Source: Schizochytrium sp. TIO01
Lineage: Eukaryota > Protista > Bigyra: Labyrinthulomycetes
DNA length: 64,000 nt
Assembly: GCA_004764695.1 (NCBI GenBank)
Contig: SMSO01000034.1
Span: 2,046,001 to 2,110,000, forward strand
Reading direction: 5' to 3'
Made by a program: the position numbers and the translations under genes. Every line of letters starts with the position of its first letter. Positions within the stretch are counted from its first letter, which is position 1. Below, one piece after another: positions 51,763-64,000 of this stretch. The notes beneath the pieces were generated by a model. It had not been told where the DNA came from and did not search any database. It saw nothing but the letters and a program-made list of their open reading frames with translations.

Positions 51763-52605
51763 AACGGAGCAAACGAGAAGGCTTTATCACTAAACAAAAA
51801 ACGCTTCATCACAAAAACGCAAAAACACACAAATAACAAGAACAGGGTACAAGTGCATCACGGTGACACTCACTCTTCGTCAGGTCTTCTCTTTACGCAT
51901 CGCTTACAACACGTGCAAATATGTTCTGGTCTCCAAGTAGCAAGATAGATATCCCAAGCCAGGGCTCACTTGAGTTTTTCTCGATCTTCTTTCTTTAGCT
52001 TTTCTAGCTGCTAAAAATTTTGCAAACATCGATGTTAACTCGGTGGTACACAGCATCAGCACTTCGATGCAAGTCGTCAAAAAGACATGTATTTTCAATC
52101 CTCCCATTCATTTTTTAAATATAAAAACATTTTCTCCCTTTGTATGCAATTTATACGCACTGATTGTTTTCACTTGAAAATTTCAGTTTCTAATGGCTTT
52201 TTCATGAATAGATATCTTTTCCAGATGAAACTCCAACAATCTCAAATGCCTATTATTTGAAGAAGACAGAGAAAGTTCCTTGACCTAAGGTCAAAATGAC
52301 AGCTATCCATGTCAGTCCAGCCCCTTCCCGAGCAAGGCTTCGTTTTTTAAAAAAGAAAAACAAAGACAAGAGTATCACGCAAAGGATAAAAGAGCATCGC
52401 TCTCTAGATTGCCTGCTTCTATATTTTATTATTGTTGAGTAAGCAATAAAAAATTGTGAGAATCTCAAGAGCAAATGAACGTAAAACAAGATTGTCCTTT
52501 CAAGAATTCTACAGAGCACAAGACTTACAGAAGAACGTACTTTCGAAGAGAAGAAAAAAAAAATGCAAATAGATAACAAGTAAAAGTTTGTCAAAGAAGC
52601 AAAAA

Positions 52606-54942
52606 TTACTCAGCGGTCGATTGACCACGTTGATAATGGTCCCCACATAAAAGGGTTCCATCGAGTGCATAAATAGGTTCGCCGGGAACAAAGCGGGAAA
52701 TGGCAGACCAGTATGGCGATGCAAGATTAGAGTGACGCATATCTGCGGCCGAAAAATGGGCAAAGACTTTGACGTTGCGAGATTTAAGAGACACTGTCGG
52801 ATAAAAGGAGGCTGGCTCGTTCCCTGAAATATTGCGGATCGGAAAGGCCTGCAGCCAGCCACCGACCACGTCGTTCCCGGGCTGTAAGCCAAGTTCTTGT
52901 GCATGGCAAGCTACTTGCTTGCCATCCACATAGAACGCCACTAGGAGATGGGAGATCCACGCCCGTACGCAGACGCCAACGACGCTGCCATAAGTGAATT
53001 TCATGGCCGTGCGTGTCCGGTGACCAGAAACAAGGAGAACTCCTGATGAGTCGAGACCAACTGTGTTGGCTGAACAACCAGGGACAGTGTTGCGCAAGGC
53101 CATATTGCGTGTGGAAAGACCCACACAGACATGAAGAGGAACATCGCTGAGATCAAGAGACTCCTCCCCCGCCCAGACAGGGCACATTTCGAAATATGTT
53201 GTACGGCCATAAGGCAAGGCAAGTGCTGCGCGTACAGACCGATATATACGTTGCGCAAGTGGTGCACGGGGTGCATCACGTTGTTGCTTGGGTTGCTGAC
53301 CAGGCTCTTGCGCAGCATTACTCAATTTGCCGTCAGCTTTGTTTGTCTGTACAGCGGCGACAGAGGTGGAGACGTCCATAGCGTTGGAGTTCTCGTTTGG
53401 GGCTACGGCAATTACAGTACTTGGCTTGGTCTGCTTGACGTTGCTTTTGGCATTAGTCGTGCCCGACAAGGTTTGACTCTTGTTGCCGTCCTCTGTCTTT
53501 TTGGCAGATGCTGTGGCTGCAGCAGCGCCTTCTTCAACCATCTCTTTCTGCTGCTGTGTCTCGCGCGTGGGTGATTTTTGAAAACTGGCACGGCGAACAC
53601 CAATAAAGTAATCTAAGGAGGCACAGTGACCACCGCAGGAAAGGATAATTTTCGGATGGGCGTCTTCCTGGTTAAAAATAGCCATGCGAGGACGGTCATC
53701 AGCAATCTGCTCACCACGTAGTTCATCGCGAGCGCGCCAGAGAACATTCTCAGTAAACGCCAAGGAATAGTCAAGGACAGCGGATCGTGAGTCAGGTGTG
53801 GCAGGGAAGGACTTCGGTGAGCATGGTACAACACACTCTGTTTCCGGGACTGCGCTTTTGGCTGCAGCAGAGTTGGCACTAATCCGACAGGCCATGAGAC
53901 GACTCACATAATCATTTTCCTCAACATGTTGCAACATATGCCGTTGCCTTTCAAGAAATTCTTGAAGTTGCTCATCATCAGTACCGCTAAAAAACAGATC
54001 GTGTTCCTCATCGTCATCGTTATCTTCCTCGGGACGAGCTTCACAAGTAGGATTTTTACTTGATCTTCGTCGGCGTGCGTATGCGTTAAACTTGTGTGCG
54101 AGTGCTGGGTTGCTTTCCAAAAGGCTTTCAGTATTGCTATGTTCTTGGTCCATAATGGAGAGGGGTGCCTTATTTGAGGCGGCGTACGCTGCAACATTGC
54201 GACGGCGTACTTGAGGAGGGGGTAACAATTGTACAGTTGCATCGAAGGGGCGTACAGGAATTTCAAAGTGCATTCCTCGACGGATGCGATTCAATACAGC
54301 AGTCGGTAAGGCAAGGTCATCACGTTCACGGTACGAGAGAACAACGCCGGTAACAGACTTTCCTAGGTGGGGTGGAATATGACCAAGTTTTACACCTCGG
54401 CCTCGATGAAAATGGGCTTCTTCCATGAAGGCATCCACCGCGCGTTCTAGGTCTCGCTTGCTAGGGTCATCGAGGGATTCCCCAAGGGCATCGGCGAGAT
54501 AAAAGAGGATTTTGCTGATAATTTGTTGTGGACTACTATTGCGGGCTTCGACAACAAAGCGCATAGCGCGTTGGAAGAGGTCGTTGCCACCTGACTGTGA
54601 ACGGGTGGTCATGCCCAGTTTGCGTCTTCTTGCATCTTCTTGCGCTTGACGAAGAAATCGGCTTTCTCTTGATTTGGCTTCTGCAAGAAGTGCTTCTCGA
54701 GATCGACGACGACGGCGCTTTGATGACGTCGAGCTGGATTTCTTTTTCTTCTTGTTTGAACTGCCTGTGTTTTCATCTGCATTGGAACTTGATAGCTTCC
54801 CTTTCCGAGGGTGAGGGAGATTTGTGTAGCGAAGTAAAACCTGGGTCACTTGATCTGCAGGTAGGCCCACGGACCCCAAGGTCTCGAGAATGTATACACC
54901 AATCTCAACAACCTTGGACTTGCCTTCGTCAACGACATACAT
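52606..54942 (-). CDS. SPRY/B30.2 domain protein (C-terminal SPRY)
   Basis: RSVRA...TTYFEM, VCVGLST, VPGCSANTVGLDSSG, FTYGSVVGVCV, FYVDGK, FYPTVSL. Upstream exons are possible. Confidence 0.8.
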   Translation of the reverse strand: MYVVDEGKSKVVEIGVYILETLGSVGLPADQVTQVLLRYTNLPHPRKGKLSSSNADENTGSSNKKKKKSSSTSSKRRRRRSREALLAEAKSRESRFLRQAQEDARRRKLGMTTRSQSGGNDLFQRAMRFVVEARNSSPQQIISKILFYLADALGESLDDPSKRDLERAVDAFMEEAHFHRGRGVKLGHIPPHLGKSVTGVVLSYRERDDLALPTAVLNRIRRGMHFEIPVRPFDATVQLLPPPQVRRRNVAAYAASNKAPLSIMDQEHSNTESLLESNPALAHKFNAYARRRRSSKNPTCEARPEEDNDDDEEHDLFFSGTDDEQLQEFLERQRHMLQHVEENDYVSRLMACRISANSAAAKSAVPETECVVPCSPKSFPATPDSRSAVLDYSLAFTENVLWRARDELRGEQIADDRPRMAIFNQEDAHPKIILSCGGHCASLDYFIGVRRASFQKSPTRETQQQKEMVEEGAAAATASAKKTEDGNKSQTLSGTTNAKSNVKQTKPSTVIAVAPNENSNAMDVSTSVAAVQTNKADGKLSNAAQEPGQQPKQQRDAPRAPLAQRIYRSVRAALALPYGRTTYFEMCPVWAGEESLDLSDVPLHVCVGLSTRNMALRNTVPGCSANTVGLDSSGVLLVSGHRTRTAMKFTYGSVVGVCVRAWISHLLVAFYVDGKQVACHAQELGLQPGNDVVGGWLQAFPIRNISGNEPASFYPTVSLKSRNVKVFAHFSAADMRHSNLASPYWSAISRFVPGEPIYALDGTLLCGDHYQRGQSTAE

Positions 54943-56694
54943 GATGGTCTAAGCTCTATACGTCTATATGCTGGAATTTGATTTGACCTGCTGCAGAAGC
55001 AGTATTTATGGAATGCGTGTTTGGGTTATATATGTAGAAAGAAATGTATTGCTGTCTGCGATTGCCAGAATATACAAGTATTTGCAATTAATTCTCCGTG
55101 AGGTCTGGCTGAGACGATAAGGAAAAAAAGAGGTAACAAAGAGGTAACACGGGCACAGTCCAAAAAGCAGATCGAAAAAGGTCAAAGCGAGGTGCAAAAC
55201 GAAAATAAAGAGAAAGATGTCGATTGTGAGACCACTGCTGATTCCGTCTTATTTTGTACCGCAGATACTCACCTTGGTGGGGCGGTGATTGCACAGAAGA
55301 TAGAAATGGGGCGAAAAAAACAGGGAGGAAGCCAAAGTACCACCCGCTGCTGCCCCTTGTGCCCTTGCCTGGCGAATTACTATCAACAAAGCACCTTTGT
55401 GCACTATTCACAGTTGCTGTTGTCTAAATTTGGCCCAGCTCGTCCAGGAATAACAAACAGCAAATAAGAGAAAAAAAATGAAAAAGAAAAAAAAGTGGTC
55501 TCCCTGGATATATATATATACAACCAGCACAACCTCAACACCTGGCACAAATTCCGGCAAAAGCTTTCGCCTTTCGCCGTTCAGAGAGAAGAGTCACTTC
55601 AACGCTTCGAGAATCCCACCACCAAAGACTTTTCCACAACCCTCTTTCTCTGCAGAACTTCTTCTTCTTCTTCTTCTTTAGCAACGACACTATACCAGTA
55701 CTAGGTACTGGTCTTACACTCGAGTCGTGTAAAAAATGTGACCCAGAAGAGACCCAAAGAACCAGCTTTTGGCCGCTCCAAATAATCGGTCCACGGCGCA
55801 GAGCAGGCCCTCCGCACGTGTGAGAGTTTGACTCCCTCCCGCAAATAATCAAATTCAATCGCCCGCCGCAGCGAGGTATTCCTGAGCTTGTGCCACGCGC
55901 AAACCCGCCTCGAGCCTCGCGAGCCTGGTCTTCGCTTGTCCACAAAGAAAGAGAAGAAGAAAAAACAGAAAAACAGAAAAACAGAAAAACAGAAAGAAAG
56001 AACGCACCGAGAGGCGCGACGGCAGCAGGAGCGCGTCTGCTCCAGAGACGGGGCCAACGGACCAGCCGGGCCTCCCTCCCTCCTCCGTCCCTCTCCGCGG
56101 CCTGCTCTGGGCTCCGCGCGGGATCGAGGACCCAAGGAAAACCGAGCGCCAAGACAGGAAGAAAAACCACGAGTCTAAGAACAAGAGTACAGTGGAAACA
56201 AGGAAGGCAGGACGGCGGAGACAAATGGGACCACGGGCGGTCGCCACGTCCGGTTAGGCGTTCCTCGGGGAGCGCCTGCGTCCCGCGCGGCGCCTCCTGT
56301 CCGCTGCAGCCCTGCGCAGGTGTTGGGCTCTGAGGTCGCTTTCCTCTTCTCCTGCACGCCTTTGTTCTGCCTCGCGTTCTTTCTGTTCCTCTCTTTGTTC
56401 CTTTGTCGCTTTCTCTGTTTGAAATCAAATCTCTTTCCTCCGAATCTTTGGGTGACGGACCTCGGTCTGCCGCTCCACCTCCCTCTGCGGCGGCGCTGCG
56501 ATCGCGCAGACGCTGCCGCCCTCTCCGAGCCACGCTCCGCGCTCCGGCGGTGCCCGTGTCGGTTCGCAAGCGGAGGCGCGCACGCAGCTCAGACGCGGCC
56601 GAGCGGACGCCGTTTGGTTTCTGTCATCTTTTCCGCTCTATTCTTTCGTCCGTATGATCGATCATCAATCGTCGAAAGAAAGAACTTTTAAAGT

Positions 56695-57070
56695 CCTTCC
56701 TTCTTCTATTATCATTATTCATTATTCATTATTCATTAATCACTCTTCATTCTTCATTCATTATTTATTCATGGTTGATTGATTATTGTTGTTGATTATT
56801 GTTGTTGATTATTGATTATTGTTTGTTATTGATTGTTGATTACTGTTTTCAGAAAATAAATAAAAAACTCAACTTTAGAATTGGAAAAGAAAGAACTATG
56901 AACGAAGTCAAACTTAAACTTGAAAGAAAAGGACTCTTTCTTTCTCTCTTTTACTCTCTCTCTCTCTCTCTCTCTCTCATCATCGTTGCGAAGCGTATTC
57001 TTTCTTTCTTTCTTTCTTCTTTCTTTTCTTTCTTTCTTTCTTTCTTTTCTTTCTTTTCTTTCTTTCTTTC
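56695..57070. repeat. Compound low-complexity tract (ATTC/ATT/GTT, CT, CTTT)
   Basis: Direct inspection. Confidence 0.8.
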
Positions 57071-59299
57071 AGTTATTATGACAACCACACACATAAACAT
57101 CGTTTTAAAAATTGCTCGCTTTGCCATGCATGGTCAGTCAGTCGCTCCAATCCAATGGGCATTCCTGGAAACCCTGCCCAATCTTCGGCACAATTCAGGC
57201 ACATTGCGCCCTTTCCCGACGCCAATCATCGCTGCGAACGCGAGAACCTCTGCATTTACACGGAGGGCAGAAGAGCCTTCGCTTCTTCACGCGCATCGAT
57301 GCATATGATGTGTTCAGAAACCGTCTTCTGTTTCTAAGGAGGCGTGTGCTCTCTTAGTCCTTCGCTCTATGAGTTAATGAGAGTTAATGAGTCAATGAGT
57401 CAATGAGTTATTATATTATGGTGCTGCAAGAACTCCAAAGAGCTCCAAAGCGGAATTCCACATGGGCGTGGCAAACTTGAAGCTTGGGGTCCTGGCGACG
57501 CAGGAGCACACCGCCTCTCGGGGCTTGCCTTGACACCCTCGCCGCGAGGAGGGGTCTACAGAAGACAGCGCTTCGAGCCCAAGGATCGATCTTGAAGTGG
57601 CTTTTGACCTCATTCGCGCAATTCCTCTTCGAGTCACTTATGAAATTCGTTAAAAATTAGAAAACAGTAACCATTATTATATGAGGCGCCTTTTAACTGA
57701 CTGACTATGACTTATCATTGCTATTTTATAGTCCCTGTTTAAGCTGTTAAAATAATTTTTTAGGTAAGTAATACATGGTAGTATTAGTAGGTAACCAGAG
57801 AATGAAAGGGAAAAGAAAAGAAAAGGAAAAGAAAAGGAAAAGAAAAGTAAACTTTTTTTCTTTTTCTTTTTTTCCCATTCATGGACACTCAGAGGGGAGG
57901 AAACTCATTTCTTTTCTACAGTAGTTAGTACTTAACACTTACACTACAACCACTCTCCACGAGCTGTGGGAACTCGAAGCGCGAGCCCCCCACAGCTCAG
58001 AGGAAGCCCGGCCAGCGTTCTCCCGTTTTGTCACTAAGACACCCAAACTGAGTCCTGCCCAGACCCAAGATTAAGAACGGCGGTAGATCCTAGATACGGT
58101 AAAGTATACCAGTCAGCGCCGGCGAAATCGTGGCGGCCGGCTGTGCTGTGGTAGTAGTTATCGCTGCGGGGCCGTTCCTCCTCTGGGCTGCGCGATGTTT
58201 ATCTCTGCAGAGGTAGCATGAAAGACCCGTCGCGTTGCTCTCTTTTCCGCCTGTGGACAAATAAATAAACAAACAAACAAACAAACAAACAAACAAACAG
58301 ACAGACGCATAAAGAAAGACAGCCTACTTAATCCAAACTAAGCCAAACCAACAAAGCAATCCAAAGCAGTCCAAGGCAATCTGAAGAGGCCGCATTAAAG
58401 CACCCTTCTGTCAAACAGTGAGCGGGAAACAGCAACAGAGCTCATTCTCCCATTCGCTTCTCCGTCTTCGTTTGCGTTTTGATCATACCTAACAGCTTGT
58501 TTTCAGAATTGAATTAAGTTTATTTAAAAATAAATAAAGCCTTTTCGAGCGATCGATTGGCGGTAGGAGGCGCCTATCTAAGACTACCGACGTAGTTTCC
58601 GTTAGCGATGAGGAATAAAAGAAGTTTATATGTAACGCGAAGTAAATGAATGATCTTGAAGAAAGGGAAGGATGAGATGCTGTATATTTAGGACGAACTA
58701 CGGAGTCCTCTCGGGCTCCAGCTCTGCAGCTCTGTAGCTCTCGGTCTCGGGATGGCTGCCTGGGTAAGGAAGCCGCTCGCACCTCCCTCTCCTCGTGCCG
58801 ACGCATCTTCGATCTCCCGCCTTGCAGAAGCAACGCGGCGTCTCGACTTTTGGCAGGGTACCAAGTTTGCGATTATTCATTCATTCATTCATTCATTCAT
58901 TCATTTAGTAGTTTCTAAAAGCTGTGGATCCATCAAATCAAACGATATTCATGAATTCGCTCGTTTCGAAGTTTCGCGATGGGTGTCTGTGAAGCATCGC
59001 GAAGACGGTTTATTCGCTCGTTCCTGAATCGTTATTTCCCGAAGCTTAATCGCTCATTTTCTGGAGCACGTTCTCTTCTTTCCAGAGAATCATGAGAGAT
59101 TGGCCATGTTTGCACATGCATGCATGTATGCGCAAAGGTAGGATACAGTAGGTGGGTACTATATGCATGTTGATTGATTGATTGATTGGTTGATTGGTTG
59201 ATTGATTGATTGATTGCACGAGTGTACTGAAGTGGAAGCGAGGCCGCCAACACGTCATACCTCGGCGTCGTTAAGCTTCTCGGCACCTGAAGGCCAATG

Positions 59300-59470
59300 A
59301 GTTGAGTTCGACTTCGACTTTGATTTCAACTTTGGTTTTGATCTCGATTTTGGATCTTGATCCTGATCTTGATCTTGAATCTGAATCTGATTCCGGTTCT
59401 GCTTCCGGTTCTGCTTCTGATTTCGATCTTGAGTTCTTCGAAGTTGACCTCAACTTCGACTTCGACCTCG
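59300..59470. repeat. Degenerate 6-bp-period repeat (GAYYTY-like)
   Basis: gacttc/gatctt/gaatct/ggttct periodicity. Confidence 0.7.
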
Positions 59471-61564
59471 TTTCGTGGGCCCAATGGAATGGTACTCAAA
59501 TAATTATGTGGAAACTGCCTTGGCAACAGCTGTTTGGGTCCAGAGCTCTTCTGTGGCTGACACCAGAGCGAGAGTAGCGATGATTGCGACAAGGGTGATG
59601 ATAACAGAGATTGGGGTCAAAACCTATTCCAACACTCGCGTCCGGTGGATGGGGGCGTTGATTGATGGAATGGAAATGCCAGCGCATGTCTAACTCCCTA
59701 ACTCCCTGAGCAAGCTCAAGAAAGTGGGAGGCTGCGGTTATTTCAATTGGCTTCGCTGTTCGAGATTCTGCGGCAGAGGCGAAATAGCTGGCCTTTTCTA
59801 GGATATCGAAATCGACCCTTCAGAAACTACTTGCGCGTAGTGTCCAGTCAAGCTTCTGTTGTATGTCTCTGTCCATATGGTTTCTCTGCTTCGAGTCCCG
59901 GCTTGAGCATAAGTTGGAGTAGGATGTGAAGACGGGATAAATATTTGCTTGTCACCTGGGGCAAAACCGTTCAAACTGTTGAATAGCCCCATAACAATTG
60001 ATCTCTGAGCAAAATGTGGGTTGGCTGCTGTTAGCACAGGCAAAACTAAATTACCTCCGGTTGTAAGTCTTCAAGTATGCGTGGAATTTTGTAATTTACT
60101 GCCTCTGTATCTAGGCAAGTGGTGAATTTTGTTTTGGCAGCCCCGTAAACATTGAATCTTAATCAAAACCACAGAGTACTTGGCAACCCCCTTGACAGGA
60201 GCATTGTCTTTTATTGCTTTCGCCACCCCGCAATCTTCTGTCGTTTGTCTTCCCTGTAAGAACTGCTCTGTCCGAGAAATAGAGTTGTAAAACCCTCCGA
60301 GTAGGAGTTCAAGTTCTCAAGATCTAAACTATCGTGCAGACTCTTACACGCAAGCAAAGCTGATGCTCTCTTTTTCTTAAAAATAAAACCATGTCAGCTA
60401 CGTCCACAATTCCGAGCTATCATGCCTCCAAATCCCACGCTCCGCGTTCTCGTTTCTGATGAATAAGGTTGATATCGGCTAAGCAGATTTTGGAATTCAT
60501 GACCTCCCTCCACGCATCAATCGCATTATCATCCCGTCCCACTTCAAAGCTGCATCGCACCGATACATTCCACGCATCAGTCTGAAGAACTCCAACGAGA
60601 GCAAGATGTAGCTAGCTGCTACCTTTGAGCACTTGGTTCCTCTTCTGATTCATCCGCCTACGAAAGCATGCGCTGCTTTTGGTGTTTTGATCGCCTCTTC
60701 GCTTTGGTATTTGCTCCTCACGTCTCAAAGCGCGTGGAAGCGAAGTGACCCAATTATTCAAATCCGCTGCGTTCGTAGTTTTAAATTAAACAGGTATCCA
60801 AGATTAAACTGCTTCGAAGGACCGCGTTTAAAACATCAAATACCTTTCTGAAAAGGCACTTTCAAACGAGAAGAGCCATAAAACCAAACCTCGAAAGAAG
60901 AGGAATCCTATCATGTCAATGTAATGTACCTTTGGCAATGGCTCCAAAGCGATGTTGAAGTTTCTTTTGCGTTTCCCGCCTTTCTGAGGATACGCTATTT
61001 GAGCTCCTCAATTCGAGGCTCTCGTCAACGTCAGAAATTCGTCATCCGCATACGCTATGCCCAAGAGGCCGAGAGGGTTTCTGAAATACCCACAGCGGTA
61101 GGTAGACTGCGGTAGGCTGCGGGACCCGCGCCTGCTATTACCCGTTCCAGGAAGGGTCTTTCGCACGAAAAGAATCCGTGGCGGCTCTCCCCCCCCCCCC
61201 TCTCTACCGTCCCACACTCGAACGAGCCTCCCCCACAGCTCCGCCGGCCAGTGCAAGAGAGCTCCCTTTCAAAACAACACATCAGAGCCCTCTTCTTCTT
61301 CTTCTTCTTTTTCTTCTTCTTCTTCGTATCCTCTTTGCTTAGATATAGAGTCGGATAGTCCACGCTTTGCCTTTTGCTCTTCAAGCTCAGCCTTTCTTGA
61401 ATCTCCGTTGACCTCAGCTAGAAAAGGCCGCAGAGGCCACGACAAAGCAGCGTTGGGCCTCAAATGAGCGCCGCTCGTTGCAGATATTATTCTTGGCCTC
61501 ATGTTTCTCCTTTCTTACTTCGGCGGCTCTTCGCCGTCGTTGTTTCCTTAGAACTATGGACCAA

Positions 61565-61665
61565 GAAAAACAAAGAAACAATGAAACAAATAGAAGAAAA
61601 TGAAACAAATAGAAGAAAATGAAACAATTAGAAGAAAGAAACAATTAGAAGAAAGAAACGAATAG

Positions 61666-61709
<44 letters not shown>

Positions 61710-61710
61710 A
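61565..61710. repeat. Purine-rich ~19-bp tandem repeat grading into (AAAG)n and (AG)n
   Basis: Repeated gaaacaaatagaagaaaat units. Confidence 0.75.
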
Positions 61711-64000
61711 GCGAAAGACTCTCGAGTCGAAGGCCGTTCGAAGGAAATGCGCAAAAGAGTTTATAGAAACAGACTCGAACTCGATTGCCCTTTTGTCTTC
61801 GTCCCGTTTTTAACGGGAAAAACAGTGAATCGCGAGTGTGTCTGTCTTTCAAAGGCGCCTTCAAAAAAGGAGAAAGCGACTGCCGCCCCATTAGGGTTTG
61901 CGGTAGGCAGCCACTAATCAGGATTCATTCATTCAAAGCCCAAGACTCATCGTCTAGTGAGGGCGCGGTATCAGCGCAGAGGGGACTGCGGACGGCCTTC
62001 CCCTGATGACCGACTGAGTCGATGGCCGCCGCTGCGGGGATACGTGACTCTTTTCTAGTGGGACGTGTGGAGAATGTCTAGTACACCCACAGTGGGGTGT
62101 TATTTCCCACAGCGGAAGCGGCTTCTTACCTAATGAACCAGCCATCTGCGAGCCCACTCTTTAATGATTTCCTTAAGTTTTTATTTTTTATTTATTTATT
62201 TAATTAAAAAGAATAGAAAAGAGAGGTCCTTTGTATTTTCAAGAGGGAATCAAACTATCATTGGCTATTGCAAGGCTATTGCAAGAACTACGCGTGCGTC
62301 ATCGTCACCATCATCACATTTGGGAAGAAAATAGATGGGGTCTGGCAATGACAACGACTTTTTGTGTGCTGCAAGTGCCCTTTTTAAACTTAAATAATTG
62401 ATAAATCTAGGATTTATTTCGCCATTATGTTATTTATTTTGTTTGAAGAAAAGGGTATCATGAAGGCGTAAGTGCTTGGACCATCTGTTTGCACACTTCA
62501 AAACGCGACGTAAAGAAACACACACTCAAAACTGGGTTGCCAGGATGATTCTGCTTTAAATGAACATCAGATTGTTTGCTGAAATGAGATTTCTCGCTGC
62601 CATACGATAGTTCATGAGCATTCGAACAGGAAGTTATTGATTAGAGTTTGCAAGTTTATGTTCTCAAGAAAACAGAAGTACATCGACAAGGTTACCAGTG
62701 CATCTCATGCGACTATAGCAATTAGATATGGAGTGAAAATCAAAGTAATGAAATGATATATGATACTACAGAGACATACATCTACGACTAGATCCTCGTA
62801 ACCTGATATATTCCAACTATGTGTATGGCCTATATTATGACTTCTTTACCAATGCAAAGTTGTATATTACGAGTCAAATTCAACGTAGTCATTACACAAA
62901 TTGCCTGCGCTCTTCCGTAAGGACAAGGAGTCACATTACCAATTGAAATAAGGGAGCCTTAATCAGTTTCGCGCGACGAGGTAAGTCTAGACCATAAAGA
63001 CCGTCTACAGTATAAACCTACGTCATCTGACTGCAAATAGACACTAAATCTGGGATAAGCGTCAAAATAATCATTTGCAGACATTCAGTTTACTCAACTC
63101 GTGGCGAGAAGATCCAAAAATGACTATACTAGCTTGAGCAAGATAATCATACACATTTGAATTGAATATCTATGCGAAAATGGCAGTCACTTGGTCTTTT
63201 TTATTCTTCTCCCTAGCAAAGATGGATATACATTTGTTGCAACCAATTTTTGTTAAAACTAATTCAATGTATTGAGTAGGTACGGCAAATGATTTCCACG
63301 GTATGGCTTTACATTAAAATAGATATTTGCTTTTGTTGCATACCTAATTTTTTCATTTCAAAGGCGATTATGTAAATTCACAAAACTACTAGACATACAT
63401 AGGTACCTGCCACTCAATTGCTAGTAAACTGATGTGAAACGAAGTCAATCAGAATCAACAACATAAAATAGAGTAATTATACACTGATATAGGTTGAGTG
63501 GTCACAGTCAATTTTCCTTTTGGTGTTGGGTATATGGCAGAAAAGTACATATTATTTTCATACATGAACACCATTTGTCTTTAAACCCTATGTTTTAGAA
63601 CAAAGTATGTTGGAGGTAAATCGCAATAAGCACATAATCCTGCACAGAGGTAGAGCAGAAAACTTTACTAGGACAGCATTTGTCTCAAGCGGTTAACTCT
63701 GTGAAACCTCGGGGCAAAACTTGCTTTCACTAGGTACTTCTGTAGTACCTACCTATAGGTACTAGGGACTAATGAAGCGTTGTGACATTCGGCCTCTTCT
63801 GTGACGGTGAGCATATCCCCAACTGGAGCTCGAAGGATTGTTGGTCTCTTGAAGTTATCCATCGTGCATGTCAAGCGCCGCGAAGAGCAAGGCAGCCCCC
63901 TCCGATGAAGCGGCTTCGTCGGAGGGTTCTGAGTCTGAGTCAGATCACGCTGAAAACGAGGCTGCTGAAGCTGAAGATGACGATGACAATGACGACGAAG

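Noticed and set aside
55535-56569. 344-aa minus-strand ORF
   Set aside because: Non-ATG start, and it crosses simple repeats and GC-rich low-complexity sequence with no domain signal.
59475-60450. Possible decayed coding remnant on the minus strand
   Set aside because: Multiple stops and no identifiable homology without a database search.

Overview
Eukaryotic DNA with spliceosomal GT-AG introns, microsatellites and mostly intron-free housekeeping genes; gene content and repeat style suggest a stramenopile protist such as a thraustochytrid (inference only). The main result is invisible in the ORF track. The apparent ~385-bp 'satellite' at 1-2533 is a minus-strand gene built from tandem exon+intron modules. 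Each module is one 84-nt phase-2 exon encoding a 28-aa RI/NLRC3-like leucine-rich repeat plus a ~301-nt near-identical intron. Variation concentrates in the codons for the ligand-facing LRR residues. A second, sequence-diverged gene with the same one-LRR-per-exon design (23 exons, 33413-26548) joins 17 LRRs to a protein kinase and RING/RBR-type zinc fingers. Together they look like a diversifying LRR receptor system. The rest of the window holds an MscS-like channel, a type II PI4K split by a 1-nt frameshift, POLE3/DPB4 overlapping a MATE transporter, a TNFAIP8-RGS fusion, a CCCH-methyltransferase, tRNA-Val(CAC), two kinesins, an Old Yellow Enzyme, TMEM18, an EGF-7TM receptor-like protein, ATG18 and a SPRY protein. 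The last ~8.5 kb is gene-poor and low-complexity. Exon coordinates were worked out by hand and need transcript confirmation.
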